61,124 nt of DNA, filler included, from 4 parts of 4 records of this genome joined end to end with filler, not necessarily neighbours in it, one strand, 5' to 3'; counted from the first letter of the whole stretch, positions 19,066 through 28,745 are shown. Program-made: numbers and translations. The notes: generated by a model not told the origin, from the letters alone.

Positions 19066-19988
19066 GCAAAATAATCCGCATTGGAACCCGCGACAGCGAA
19101 TTGGCGCTGTGGCAAGCCACCACCGTACAACAAAAGTTGGAAGCACTTGGGTACGACACCATTTTGGTTCCGACCAAATCTTTGGGAGACCAAGTGCTGG
19201 ACAAGCCACTTTACGAGTTGGGCGTTACGGGCATTTTTACCAAAACTTTGGATGTTGCCCTGCTCAAAGGAGACATTGACATTGCGGTACACTCCATGAA
19301 GGATGTACCCACCCAACTGCCCAAAGGAATAGTTCAAGTAGCGGTTTTGGAACGCGCGATGACCTACGATATTTTGGTGCACAAAGGGTCAGCCTTTTTG
19401 GAAAATGACCAGCCCGCAACCATCGCGACTGGAAGTTTGCGGCGAAAAGCGCAATGGTTGAACAAATATCCCAACCACAAAGTGGTTGATCTCCGGGGAA
19501 ATGTCAACACCAGATTGCTGAAACTCATTGAAAACGATTGGGAGGGTGCCATTTTTGCTCAGGCCGGATTGGAACGCATCAAACTATTGCCCAAAGATGC
19601 CATTCAATTGGATTGGATGATTCCCGCTCCAGCTCAAGGCGCCATGTTGGTCGTGGCCAAGGAAGAAGACGATTTCACCAAAGAAGCATTGGGCAAACTC
19701 AACCATCCCGAAACCGAGATGGGAACCACCATCGAGCGTGAATTTTTACGCACCTTGGAAGGAGGTTGTACCGCACCAATAGGTGCTTTGGCGCAAATAA
19801 AAGACCAAACGGTTCATTTTGAAGGTGTTGTTTTCTCTTTGGATGGCAAGCAGAAAATCGATATCAAAAAAGAAGTGAAATTGTCCGAAGCCAAAGACCT
19901 TGGAAAAATAAGTGCCGAAGAGGTATTGCAAAAAGGGGGCGATAAATTGATGCAGGAAATCAGAAATGAAAACAGTGCTCTCCACTAA
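19062..19988 (+). CDS. hemC: Hydroxymethylbilane synthase
   Basis: IGTRDSELALWQ, IAVHSMKDVP, TGSLRR, LRGNVNTRL, PAPAQGA, LEGGCTAP. Confidence 0.97.
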   Translation: MSKIIRIGTRDSELALWQATTVQQKLEALGYDTILVPTKSLGDQVLDKPLYELGVTGIFTKTLDVALLKGDIDIAVHSMKDVPTQLPKGIVQVAVLERAMTYDILVHKGSAFLENDQPATIATGSLRRKAQWLNKYPNHKVVDLRGNVNTRLLKLIENDWEGAIFAQAGLERIKLLPKDAIQLDWMIPAPAQGAMLVVAKEEDDFTKEALGKLNHPETEMGTTIEREFLRTLEGGCTAPIGALAQIKDQTVHFEGVVFSLDGKQKIDIKKEVKLSEAKDLGKISAEEVLQKGGDKLMQEIRNENSALH

Positions 19989-20676
19989 AATACTGACCCC
20001 ATCACAAAAGGAACTCTTTCTAAATTCCAGTTTGGGATTGGTGGAGTACGATGCCTTAAAAATCGAACCGCTGGACGTGAAGATTCCCTTCAACTACTCC
20101 AACTATATTTTTACCAGCAAGAATGCCGTGAAGGTATTTTTGAATCAATCCGAGCGTCTGGAGAAATCAAAGTTCCGCGCCTACTGTGTGGGGGAAAAAA
20201 CAAAAGCACATTTGGAAGAAAATGGCGTAAAAGTGGTTGAAATGGCCCAAAATGCATCAGAATTGGCTGAAATTCTTGTGAAAAATCATCAAAACGAGTC
20301 TTTCCTATTTCTTTGTGGCAACAAGCGAAGGGATGAACTCCCTGAAACTTTGACAAAAAATAACGTTCAGTATAAAGAGCTGGAAGTCTACCGAACCCAT
20401 TTAAATCCAAAGGCGTTTCAAAGGGATTTTGATGGTGTTCTGTTTTTCAGTCCAAGTGGCATCCGAAGCTATCTTTTGGAAAATTCATTAGGGAACAGCA
20501 TCTTGTTCTGTATCGGAGAGACTACAGCTGCTGAAGCTCAAAAACATTCAAAAAATATAATTACAGCTAACAAACCAACCGTGGAAAATGTGTTGGTGCA
20601 AGCGATAAAAGAATTATCGATTCGTGGGGATGCTGAGCGGAGTCGAAGCGCCTTTCAAAATCGAAAAAACAATTAA
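19966..20676 (+). CDS. hemD: Uroporphyrinogen-III synthase
   Basis: FTSKNAV, CVGEKT, CG..RRDELP, EVYRT, FFSPS, CIGETT; position between hemC and hemE. Confidence 0.92.
   Translation: MKTVLSTKILTPSQKELFLNSSLGLVEYDALKIEPLDVKIPFNYSNYIFTSKNAVKVFLNQSERLEKSKFRAYCVGEKTKAHLEENGVKVVEMAQNASELAEILVKNHQNESFLFLCGNKRRDELPETLTKNNVQYKELEVYRTHLNPKAFQRDFDGVLFFSPSGIRSYLLENSLGNSILFCIGETTAAEAQKHSKNIITANKPTVENVLVQAIKELSIRGDAERSRSAFQNRKNN
20632..20650. repeat. REP-like unit GCTGAGCGGAGTCGAAGCG inside the hemD 3' end
   Basis: Exact 19/19 reverse-complement match to intergenic 28727-28745. Confidence 0.75.
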
Positions 20677-20678
20677 AA

Positions 20679-20726
20679 GATTCCTGCCGGAGTTTATGCT
20701 GAGTTAAACGAAGTACAGGAATGACA
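20679..20726. repeat. REP-like GATTCCTG…CAGGAATGACA hairpin with a degenerate CTGAG…CGAAG unit in its loop
   Basis: attcctg / caggaat arms flank ggagtttatgctgagttaaacgaagt; hemD-hemE intergenic. Confidence 0.55.
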
Positions 20727-20737
20727 AATTAAAATCT

Positions 20738-21763
20738 ATGATAAAAAATGACCTGTTCCTAAAAGCTTTAAAAGGTGAAACCGTTGAACGTCCGCCCGTG
20801 TGGATGATGCGACAGGCAGGGCGCTATTTGCCCGAGTTTATGGAACTCCGTAAAAAATACGATTTCTTTACCCGCTGCCAGACACCGGAATTGGCTTCCG
20901 AGATTACCGTACAGCCCATTCGCCGATACGGAATGGATGCCGCTATTTTGTTCAGCGATATTTTGGTGATTCCCCAGGCTATGGACATCGAAGTGCAGAT
21001 GAAACCAAATTTTGGACCTTACCTGCCAAACCCTATCCGTTCGCAAGCTGATTTGGACAACGTAATCGTGCCCGATATCCAGGACACTTTGGGCTATGTG
21101 ATGGAGGCCATAACCATGACCAAGGAAAAATTGAATGATGAAATTCCCTTGATCGGGTTTGCAGGTTCTCCTTGGACATTGCTTTGTTACTGTGTCGAAG
21201 GCCAAGGAAGCAAGAGTTTTGACAAGGCCAGAGGATTTTGCTTTACCCAACCGGAAGGTGCACACGAATTGCTTCAAAAAATCACGGATACCACCATCGC
21301 CTACCTAAAAGCTAAAGTCAAGGCGGGTGTCAATGCCGTTCAAGTATTTGATTCGTGGGGCGGGATGCTCTCGCCTCGGGATTACCAAGAATTTTCTTGG
21401 AAATACATTCAGCAAATCGTGGATGCATTGAAGGACGAAGCACCCGTAATCGTTTTTGGAAAAGGATGCTGGTTTGCGTTGAAAGAAATGGCCAACTCCG
21501 GGGCTTCCGCTGTAGGCGTGGATTGGACGTGTTCCGCCCAAAATGCAAGGTACTTGACAGGGGGCAATGTTACCCTTCAAGGTAATTTTGATCCCGCCCG
21601 CTTGCTTTCGCCTCCATCAACCATCAAGGAAATGGTCACGCAAATGATTCGTGATTTTGGCAAGGATAAATATATTGTAAACTTGGGTCACGGTATTTTG
21701 CCACATATTCCCGTAGAGCACGCAAAAGCATTCATCGATGCGGTTAAAGAGTACCAAGAGTGA
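20738..21763 (+). CDS. hemE: Uroporphyrinogen decarboxylase
   Basis: [47 protein letters not shown]. Confidence 0.97.
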   Translation: MIKNDLFLKALKGETVERPPVWMMRQAGRYLPEFMELRKKYDFFTRCQTPELASEITVQPIRRYGMDAAILFSDILVIPQAMDIEVQMKPNFGPYLPNPIRSQADLDNVIVPDIQDTLGYVMEAITMTKEKLNDEIPLIGFAGSPWTLLCYCVEGQGSKSFDKARGFCFTQPEGAHELLQKITDTTIAYLKAKVKAGVNAVQVFDSWGGMLSPRDYQEFSWKYIQQIVDALKDEAPVIVFGKGCWFALKEMANSGASAVGVDWTCSAQNARYLTGGNVTLQGNFDPARLLSPPSTIKEMVTQMIRDFGKDKYIVNLGHGILPHIPVEHAKAFIDAVKEYQE

Positions 21764-22251
21764 ACCTTTTTGCGGTACTGAAACGGGTTGATTTTAAAAA
21801 TATACTGAAAGTTATTTTTATAGGACTGAGCCGTCCTCACTTTATAGGGCCAACCATTAAAGCCACCAAGGATTGCATCGCCATATCGACCGATAATTAT
21901 GGGAGACTCCATCATAAAAATGGTCCGGCAAATGCTTTTAGACACGCCTTTTGGAATTATTTGATCGCCAAACGGTGTTTTAGATGGCAGCAAAATGAGG
22001 AAACTGTTTTGGCCTGGGCCAAAAAAGTGACGGATTGGCACGAGGATTCATTTCCGAACAAAAAATTGGAAAAGGCAATGGATTTGCACAACAACGAAGC
22101 GGGTCGTTTCATTTTTGAGCAAAATACCGATAAATCAGAAGAAGAAGTCATCGAACTATTGAGGCAAATGGCTTTGGAATCCATCAAAATTGATGAGAAC
22201 TCAACACTTTCTGAATACAAAAACCGAATGGTACATATTTTGGAACAATGA
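21760..22251 (+). CDS. DUF6973-like / minimal-Wnt (Lipocone-type) small protein
   Basis: [25 protein letters not shown] overlaps the hemE stop (GTGA) and its stop overlaps the hemF start (ATGA). Confidence 0.8.
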   Translation: MNLFAVLKRVDFKNILKVIFIGLSRPHFIGPTIKATKDCIAISTDNYGRLHHKNGPANAFRHAFWNYLIAKRCFRWQQNEETVLAWAKKVTDWHEDSFPNKKLEKAMDLHNNEAGRFIFEQNTDKSEEEVIELLRQMALESIKIDENSTLSEYKNRMVHILEQ

Positions 22252-23150
22252 AAGATAGATTTTACACATACATTCAACAATTACAGGACGCTATTACCTC
22301 CAAACTGGAAGAACTGGACGGAACCGCCAAGTTTCAACAAGATTTTTGGGAACGTGAAGAAGGTGGCGGTGGCAGGACACGCGTCATTGAAAATGGGGCC
22401 GTTTTTGAAAAGGGCGGTGTCAATATTTCCAAAGTCCATGGGCCACTGCCCAAAAGTATGCAGAGCTACTTTGGAGTGGAAGATGTGGATTTCTTTGCCT
22501 GTGGCCTCAGTTTGGTAATCCATCCCAAGAGCCCTATGGTGCCGACCGTGCACGCCAATTGGCGTTATTTTGAGATGTACGACAAAGATGGAAACATTGT
22601 GGATCAATGGTTTGGTGGCGGTCAAGACCTTACCCCCTATTATTTGTTCGATGAGGATGCAGCCCACTTTCACGCGGTTTGTAAAAAAGCTTGTGATAGT
22701 CATAATCCAGCGTTTTATCCTGCTTATAAAAAGAAGTGCGACGAATACTTCTGGAACGCCCATCGAAATGAAGCCCGCGGTATAGGCGGGTTGTTCTTTG
22801 ATTATTGCAAAGCGACCGAAGAGACCAGTATGGAAGATTGGTACAATTTTGTTGCCGAGGTCGGGGACAGTTTTTTGGATGCCTACGCACCTATTGTTGA
22901 AAAGAGAAAGGACCTTCCCTATTCCAAAGAGCAGCGCGACTGGCAAGAAATTAGACGGGGCCGTTATGTTGAGTTCAATCTCGTGCACGATAAAGGCACC
23001 CTGTTCGGCCTAAAAACCAACGGCCGTATTGAAAGTATTTTGATGAGTCTGCCTCCGCACGTACAATGGCGATATGACCATCATCCTGAAAAAGGAAGTG
23101 AGGAAGAACAGTTGATAGCAGTGCTGCAAAATCCAAAAAATTGGGTTTAA
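22248..23150 (+). CDS. hemF: Oxygen-dependent coproporphyrinogen-III oxidase
   Basis: FEKGGVN, HP..P.VPTVHAN.RYFE, WFGGGQDLTP, RGIGGLFFD, RRGRYVEFNL..D.GT.FGL, ESILMSLP. Confidence 0.97.
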   Translation: MKDRFYTYIQQLQDAITSKLEELDGTAKFQQDFWEREEGGGGRTRVIENGAVFEKGGVNISKVHGPLPKSMQSYFGVEDVDFFACGLSLVIHPKSPMVPTVHANWRYFEMYDKDGNIVDQWFGGGQDLTPYYLFDEDAAHFHAVCKKACDSHNPAFYPAYKKKCDEYFWNAHRNEARGIGGLFFDYCKATEETSMEDWYNFVAEVGDSFLDAYAPIVEKRKDLPYSKEQRDWQEIRRGRYVEFNLVHDKGTLFGLKTNGRIESILMSLPPHVQWRYDHHPEKGSEEEQLIAVLQNPKNWV

Positions 23151-23154
23151 TCCT

Positions 23155-23162
23155 TAGCTTTG
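23155..23162 (+). promoter_or_regulatory. Bacteroidota -7 element (TAGCTTTG), possible internal promoter for phzF-hemB
   Basis: Matches TAnnTTTG, 16 nt upstream of ATG 23179. Confidence 0.45.
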
Positions 23163-23178
23163 CCTTGAAACCAAGCCT

Positions 23179-23967
23179 ATGAGACAGAAAATTTACCAAA
23201 TAGATGCATTTACCAGCCAGACCTTTGGCGGAAATCCTGCCGCGGTCTGTATTTTGGATTCGTGGTTGAGTCCAGAATTAATGCAAAAAATCGCCCAGGA
23301 GAACAACCTGGCGGAAACCGCCTTTGCCGTAAAGAAAGACGGGCAATATGAAATTCGCTGGTTTACCCCCGAAGTGGAAGTGGACCTTTGCGGACACGCG
23401 ACACTGGCAACTGCCTTTGTGCTCTTTCATTTTTATGAATTTGATGAAAATACCATTCAGTTTTATTCAAACCGAAGTGGAAACCTCAACGTGAACAAGG
23501 CAGACAATGGTTGGTTGACTTTGGATTTTCCAACCGATAATCTGATTGCCATTCAAAATATTGAAGAGTTGGACACGGCCATCGGGCAAGCCCCAATAAA
23601 AACCCTGAAGGGCAAAACGGATTATATGATGGTCTATCAATCACAAAAGGAAATTGAAGCCATTGAACCCAACCATCATTTGCTTGAAAAATTGGATGTT
23701 CGTGGCGTTATCGTAACCGCACCTGGGGACGAAGTGGATTTTGTTTCCCGTTTTTTTGCTCCCGCTTGCGGCATTCCCGAAGATCCTGTGACCGGTTCCG
23801 CCCACACTTCGTTATCGCCATATTGGTCCGAAGTTTTGGACAAAACCAAAATGACGGCCAAACAACTTTCCCAGCGAGGAGGTGACTTGGTCTGCGAATA
23901 TTTGGGCGAGCGCGTTAAAATTTCCGGTAAGGCCGTGCTTTATTTAACTGGGGAAATCGATATATAA
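23179..23967 (+). CDS. PhzF/YddE family isomerase
   Basis: DAFT…GGNPAAV, ENNLAETAF, RWFTP..EVDLCGHATLA, SRFFAP..GI.EDPVTGSAH. Confidence 0.92.
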   Translation: MRQKIYQIDAFTSQTFGGNPAAVCILDSWLSPELMQKIAQENNLAETAFAVKKDGQYEIRWFTPEVEVDLCGHATLATAFVLFHFYEFDENTIQFYSNRSGNLNVNKADNGWLTLDFPTDNLIAIQNIEELDTAIGQAPIKTLKGKTDYMMVYQSQKEIEAIEPNHHLLEKLDVRGVIVTAPGDEVDFVSRFFAPACGIPEDPVTGSAHTSLSPYWSEVLDKTKMTAKQLSQRGGDLVCEYLGERVKISGKAVLYLTGEIDI

Positions 23968-23994
23968 ATAAAAACATCGCTTAAAACTAAATAT

Positions 23995-24984
23995 ATGTAC
24001 CCACTCATAAGAAACAGAAGACTTCGAGCATCCGAATCCATTAGAAGATTGGTGCGGGAAACCACATTGACACCAGATGACTTTTTGGTGCCTTTATTTG
24101 TGACCGAAGGCAAGGGAATCAAAGAAGAAATACCTTCTATGCCCAACTATTTTAGGCTGAGTTTGGACAATTTGGAGAAAGAAGTAACGGAACTTTGGAA
24201 AATGGGATTGTGCTCTGTCCTTCTTTTTGTGAAGGTCGATGATAAACTGAAAGACAACAAAGGAACCGAAGCGCTCAACCCCAATGGTTTGATGCAACGT
24301 GCCATAAAAACCGTGAAAAATGCCTGTCCGCAGATGCTGGTTATGACCGATGTTGCCTTGGACCCGTTTTCGTCCTACGGACACGATGGTATTGTGGCCG
24401 AAGGGCAAATCTTGAACGATGAAACGGCTGAATTGCTAGCGGAAATGAGCGTGTCCCACGCCAAGGCAGGGGCCGATTTTGTGGCCCCCAGCGATATGAT
24501 GGACGGCAGAATTTTGACCATTCGCGAAGCCTTGGAAGATGAAGGCTTCCTCAACACTGGGATTATGGCCTATTCCGCCAAATACGCCAGCGCCTTTTAT
24601 GGCCCGTTCCGGGATGCTTTGGATTCCGCTCCCGTGGATATCGCCAATGTACCCAAGGACAAAAAGACCTATCAAATGGATTATGCCAATCGGTATGAAG
24701 CTATCAAGGAAACCCAAATAGATATTGACGAAGGGGCGGATATCGTGATGGTAAAACCGGGGTTGTGCTATTTGGACATTGTTCGGGAAATCAAAAACGA
24801 AGTAGAAGTTCCGGTTGCCGTGTACCAGGTTTCTGGAGAGTATGCGATGGTAAAAGCCGCTGCAGAAAAAGGCTGGTTGGACCACGATGCCGTGATGTTG
24901 GAACAGCTTACGGCCATTAAAAGAGCCGGTGCCAATATCATTGCCAGTTATTTTGCGAAGGATTTTATCCGAACTTTGGGCTAA
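23995..24984 (+). CDS. hemB: Porphobilinogen synthase (ALA dehydratase), Asp-rich non-Zn type
   Basis: DVALDPFSSYGHDG (no Cys triad), APSDMMDGR, YSAKYAS.FYGPFRDA, MVKPG, YQVSGEY. Confidence 0.97.
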   Translation: MYPLIRNRRLRASESIRRLVRETTLTPDDFLVPLFVTEGKGIKEEIPSMPNYFRLSLDNLEKEVTELWKMGLCSVLLFVKVDDKLKDNKGTEALNPNGLMQRAIKTVKNACPQMLVMTDVALDPFSSYGHDGIVAEGQILNDETAELLAEMSVSHAKAGADFVAPSDMMDGRILTIREALEDEGFLNTGIMAYSAKYASAFYGPFRDALDSAPVDIANVPKDKKTYQMDYANRYEAIKETQIDIDEGADIVMVKPGLCYLDIVREIKNEVEVPVAVYQVSGEYAMVKAAAEKGWLDHDAVMLEQLTAIKRAGANIIASYFAKDFIRTLG

Positions 24985-24995
24985 AACTTGACCAA

Positions 24996-26303
24996 ATGAA
25001 AAAACTGGCGGTTTCGTTCTTTTTCATCACTTTAGTGATGCCCTTTGCATTTGCCCAACGCGAACTAATCCACGCCGTGCCCTCCAAATTGGGGTTCGAT
25101 GAGGCTTTCATCGACCAAAAGGTGGATTCCATTATGGAAATGGGCATCGATAGCTTGGCTTTTCCCGGTGCACAGCTCTTGGTGGCCAAAAACGATACTG
25201 TCATTTTTCATAAAGCCTACGGTTTCCACACCTACGACAGCATTCAACCCGTGGCTTTGAACGATCTATACGATTTGGCATCCGTCACCAAAATTTCCGG
25301 TCCCTTGCCGGCCTTAATGAAGTTGGTGGACGAAGGCAAGCTAGATTTGGACCAACCTTTCAGCACGTATTGGAAGCCTTGGCGGCACCGAAAAGACAAA
25401 AAAGACCTCACGCTTCGGGAAATTTTGGCGCATCAGGCTGGTCTTATACCCTATATTGTTTTCTTACAGCAAGTACTCCGTAAAAACGGTGAGGTCAAAA
25501 AAAGATTTGTGCACAATTCATCAAACAAAAGATATCAAGGACAGGTTTACGAGGGCCTGTATATCAATAATCGTTTTGAACGCAAGATGAACCGAATCAT
25601 CAACCGGTCCAAAGTATCGGAAGAAAAAAAATATGTGTACTCTGGTCTCACTTTTCTGATTTTTCCAAGTTTGATTGAGCAAATCACCGGAACGGATTAC
25701 CAAACCTATTTGGATGAAAATTTCTATCAACCATTAGGCTGTCATACCCTAGGATATCTTCCCAAGGAAAACAACTACGTAAATGCCATTGTCCCTACCG
25801 AAGTGGATTCACTCTTCAGGAAAACCTTGGTCCAAGGATGGGTGCACGATGAAAATGCATCCCTCAAAGGAGGTGTTTCGGGCAATGCGGGATTATTCGG
25901 TACGGCAGATGACTTGGCCAAACTGATGCTTTTCTATCAAAATTATGGGAACGTCGACGGCAAACAACTCATTTCAGCTGAAACCGTAAAGGAATTTACC
26001 AAGGTGCAATATCCTGAAAATGAAAATTACCGGGGTCTAGGTTTTGACAAACCTCTCTTGAACAATGCCGAACTGCCTTTGGAAGAGGCCTACCCCTCCC
26101 CTTTGGCATCGCCGGAGAGTTTTGGCCATTCGGGCTTTACCGGAACCTTTGTTTGGGCGGACCCAGTAAAAAATCTGACCTTTATCTTTCTTTCCAATCG
26201 GGTTTACCCATCAAGAGACCATCGAAAACTGTACAGTTTGGACATTAGACAAGCCCTACAAGATGTTTTTTACAAAGCTGATGGATTAAGCATCCATAAT
26301 TAA
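24996..26303 (+). CDS. Secreted serine hydrolase, beta-lactamase/AmpC fold
   Basis: Signal peptide; DLASVTK (SxxK), YSG, VHDENA, GNAGLF, FGHSGFTGT, LSNRVYP. Confidence 0.88.
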   Translation: MKKLAVSFFFITLVMPFAFAQRELIHAVPSKLGFDEAFIDQKVDSIMEMGIDSLAFPGAQLLVAKNDTVIFHKAYGFHTYDSIQPVALNDLYDLASVTKISGPLPALMKLVDEGKLDLDQPFSTYWKPWRHRKDKKDLTLREILAHQAGLIPYIVFLQQVLRKNGEVKKRFVHNSSNKRYQGQVYEGLYINNRFERKMNRIINRSKVSEEKKYVYSGLTFLIFPSLIEQITGTDYQTYLDENFYQPLGCHTLGYLPKENNYVNAIVPTEVDSLFRKTLVQGWVHDENASLKGGVSGNAGLFGTADDLAKLMLFYQNYGNVDGKQLISAETVKEFTKVQYPENENYRGLGFDKPLLNNAELPLEEAYPSPLASPESFGHSGFTGTFVWADPVKNLTFIFLSNRVYPSRDHRKLYSLDIRQALQDVFYKADGLSIHN

Positions 26304-26343
26304 TTCCTATTCCCTATCTTGGTACTAAAGATTCTGCCATTCT

Positions 26344-27465
26344 ATGGGACTACTACTATTTTATGCCCTTATTTCCATATTCTTTTCGTTTCTGTGCTCC
26401 ATATTGGAGGCGGTGCTGTTAAGTATCACACCCACCTTTATCAATGTAAAAAAACAAGAAGGGAAAGATTATGCGGCCACGTTGGAATCTCTTAAGAAGG
26501 ACGTGGACAAACCACTGATTGCCATTCTTACCCTGAACACCGTTGCCCACACTGTGGGTGCCATTTTGGTAGGTGTACAGGCAAAAGTCGCCTATGCAGA
26601 AATGTATGGTAGCACAGCGCGAACCATATTCGGATTCACGTTGACCGAAGATTTGATGGTAGGTATTGTTTCCACTTTAATGACGATATTGATTCTAGTG
26701 GCCTCGGAAATAATTCCAAAGACCATTGGGGCAACTTTCTGGAAGCAACTGGCCAACTTTACCAGCAAAGCACTAAACATAATGGTATTCATCTTAAAAT
26801 GGACAGGGTTGTTATGGCTTTTGCAACTGTTTACCAAGCTTGTTGGCGCCAAAGGGGAACATGGTAGTGTTCTGAGCCGTGAGGATTTTAGTGCCATGAC
26901 CGAAATCGCACACGAAGAAGGCGTGTTTCAGGAATCGGAATCCACGATGATCAAGAACCTGCTCTATTTTGATGAAATACAGGCGCGGGATGTGATGACT
27001 CCCAGAACGGTTATGAAGATCGCATCCGAAGACACCCCTATAAAAGAGTTTTTTGAAAAAAACAGACCGTTGCGCTTTTCCAGAATTCCCTTGTACAAAG
27101 ATCGTATGGACAACATCACGGGCTTCTTTTTAAAGGATGAACTCTTGGAAGCCATCATCTCCAACCAAGGAGAAGAAAAACTATCAACTTTGAGAAGGGA
27201 GTTATTGGTTACCGAAAGAAATAAATCTATCAACGAGCTTTTCAAAAAATTTGTACAGAAAAGAGAACATGTTTCATTGGTAGTGGATGAGTATGGTTCC
27301 GTAAGTGGATTGGTCACGATGGAAGACGTGATCGAAACCCTTCTTGGTTTTGAGATTATGGACGAAAGCGACAATGTGGAAGACCTCCAAAAGCTTGCCC
27401 GAAAGAACTGGCACGAACGCGCCAAGCGTTTGGGAATTATTGAAGGTGAAGATGAAATAGAATAA
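26344..27465 (+). CDS. CNNM (DUF21)-CBS membrane protein, CorC/HlyC family
   Basis: CSILEAVLLS, ILTLNT.AHT.GA, SEIIPK, VMTPR, FSRIP, VVDEYG…G.VT.ED..E.LLG.EI.DESD. Confidence 0.9.
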   Translation: MGLLLFYALISIFFSFLCSILEAVLLSITPTFINVKKQEGKDYAATLESLKKDVDKPLIAILTLNTVAHTVGAILVGVQAKVAYAEMYGSTARTIFGFTLTEDLMVGIVSTLMTILILVASEIIPKTIGATFWKQLANFTSKALNIMVFILKWTGLLWLLQLFTKLVGAKGEHGSVLSREDFSAMTEIAHEEGVFQESESTMIKNLLYFDEIQARDVMTPRTVMKIASEDTPIKEFFEKNRPLRFSRIPLYKDRMDNITGFFLKDELLEAIISNQGEEKLSTLRRELLVTERNKSINELFKKFVQKREHVSLVVDEYGSVSGLVTMEDVIETLLGFEIMDESDNVEDLQKLARKNWHERAKRLGIIEGEDEIE

Positions 27466-27935
27466 TGGAAACTGCTTACGTACAGACACCTATCGGAACA
27501 GCAGAATTAAAAGGAGATGTTCATGGACTATCCTCCATAACCGTTTTGGAAAACAAAAAACCAAATGGTACAATTTCTGATGTTTTAAAGGATGCTGTAA
27601 AGCAGTTTGAAGAATATTTTAATGGAGACCGAACGGTATTTGACCTTAAATTGAATCCATCGGGCACCGATTTTCAGAAAAAGGTTTGGGATGCCTTGTT
27701 ACAAATTCCCTTTGGAAAAACCATTTCTTATTTGGAACTTTCCAAACAACTCGGTGACGTAAAGGCCATTCGTGCTGTAGCCTCGGCCAATGGCAAAAAT
27801 CCACTTTGGATTGTGGTTCCCTGTCACCGTGTAATCGGAACCAACGGAGACCTCACAGGCTATGCAGGTGGACTGCATAGAAAAAAATGGTTATTGGAAC
27901 ACGAGAGTCCTGCAAAACAGACGACTCTTTTTTAA
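27465..27935 (+). CDS. ogt: Methylated-DNA-protein-cysteine methyltransferase
   Basis: GTDFQ..VW, RAVASANGKNP, VPCHRV. Confidence 0.93.
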   Translation: METAYVQTPIGTAELKGDVHGLSSITVLENKKPNGTISDVLKDAVKQFEEYFNGDRTVFDLKLNPSGTDFQKKVWDALLQIPFGKTISYLELSKQLGDVKAIRAVASANGKNPLWIVVPCHRVIGTNGDLTGYAGGLHRKKWLLEHESPAKQTTLF

Positions 27936-27944
27936 TTGGCTACC

Positions 27945-28658
27945 ATGCTTTATAAACTTAACCTGGAGCATATCCTTTTTTTGGATATCGAGACCGTACC
28001 CCAACAACAACATTTCACCGATTTGGATGAAACTGCCCAGCTATTATGGGAACAAAAAACACAGTACCAGCGAAAAGAAGAGTTCACGCCCGAGGAATTT
28101 TACGACCGGGCTGGCATTTGGGCCGAATTTGGTAAAATTGTCTGCATCTCCGTAGGCTATTTTAAAATACAAGGAGATCTAAGGACATTTAGGACCACTT
28201 CCTTTTATGGTGACGAGACTAAAATCCTGAAAGAGTTCAAACAACTGCTGACAGGTTATTTTAGCGGCGTAAAGCATCTTTTGTGCGCCCACAATGGCAA
28301 AGAGTTCGATTTTCCGTATATCGCCCGCAGAATGATCATAAACGGCATCAATCTGCCCTACAAGCTGGACCTGTTCGGAAAAAAGCCATGGGAAATACCC
28401 CATCTGGACACCATGGAACTTTGGAAGTTCGGCGATTATAAACATTACACCTCGCTCAAATTATTGGCGCATATACTGGGCATCCCTTCCCCAAAAGAGG
28501 ATATGGATGGCAGTATGGTAAAAGATGTGTTCTACAAGGAAAAGGACATCGACCGAATCATCAACTATTGTGAACTGGATGTAGTGACCACCGCACAGGT
28601 TTTTTTACGCTTACGAAATGAGGAGCTCTTGTCGGACGAAGAAATCAAAAAGGTTTGA
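27945..28658 (+). CDS. PolB-like 3'-5' exonuclease
   Basis: FLDIET (ExoI), AHNGKEFDFP (ExoII), YCELDV (ExoIII). Confidence 0.9.
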   Translation: MLYKLNLEHILFLDIETVPQQQHFTDLDETAQLLWEQKTQYQRKEEFTPEEFYDRAGIWAEFGKIVCISVGYFKIQGDLRTFRTTSFYGDETKILKEFKQLLTGYFSGVKHLLCAHNGKEFDFPYIARRMIINGINLPYKLDLFGKKPWEIPHLDTMELWKFGDYKHYTSLKLLAHILGIPSPKEDMDGSMVKDVFYKEKDIDRIINYCELDVVTTAQVFLRLRNEELLSDEEIKKV

Positions 28659-28726
28659 TTTTTGATGTCGGTAGTTTGTATTGAGTAATGAGAAAATGGT
28701 CGCTTCGTTCAGTATGACAACTCGGT

Positions 28727-28745
28727 CGCTTCGACTCCGCTCAGC
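28727..28745. repeat. REP-like unit CGCTTCGACTCCGCTCAGC, preceded by a partial copy at about 28698-28719
   Basis: Reverse complement is identical to 20632-20650; the prefix ggtcgcttcg occurs twice (28698 and 28724). Confidence 0.7.

Noticed and set aside
23179-23967. Phenazine biosynthesis cluster
   Set aside because: Lone PhzF-family gene, no other phz genes; trpE/G are on a different contig
24996-26303. Beta-lactam resistance gene
   Set aside because: Generic Bacteroidota serine hydrolase (YSG, HSG motifs); no evidence of beta-lactamase activity
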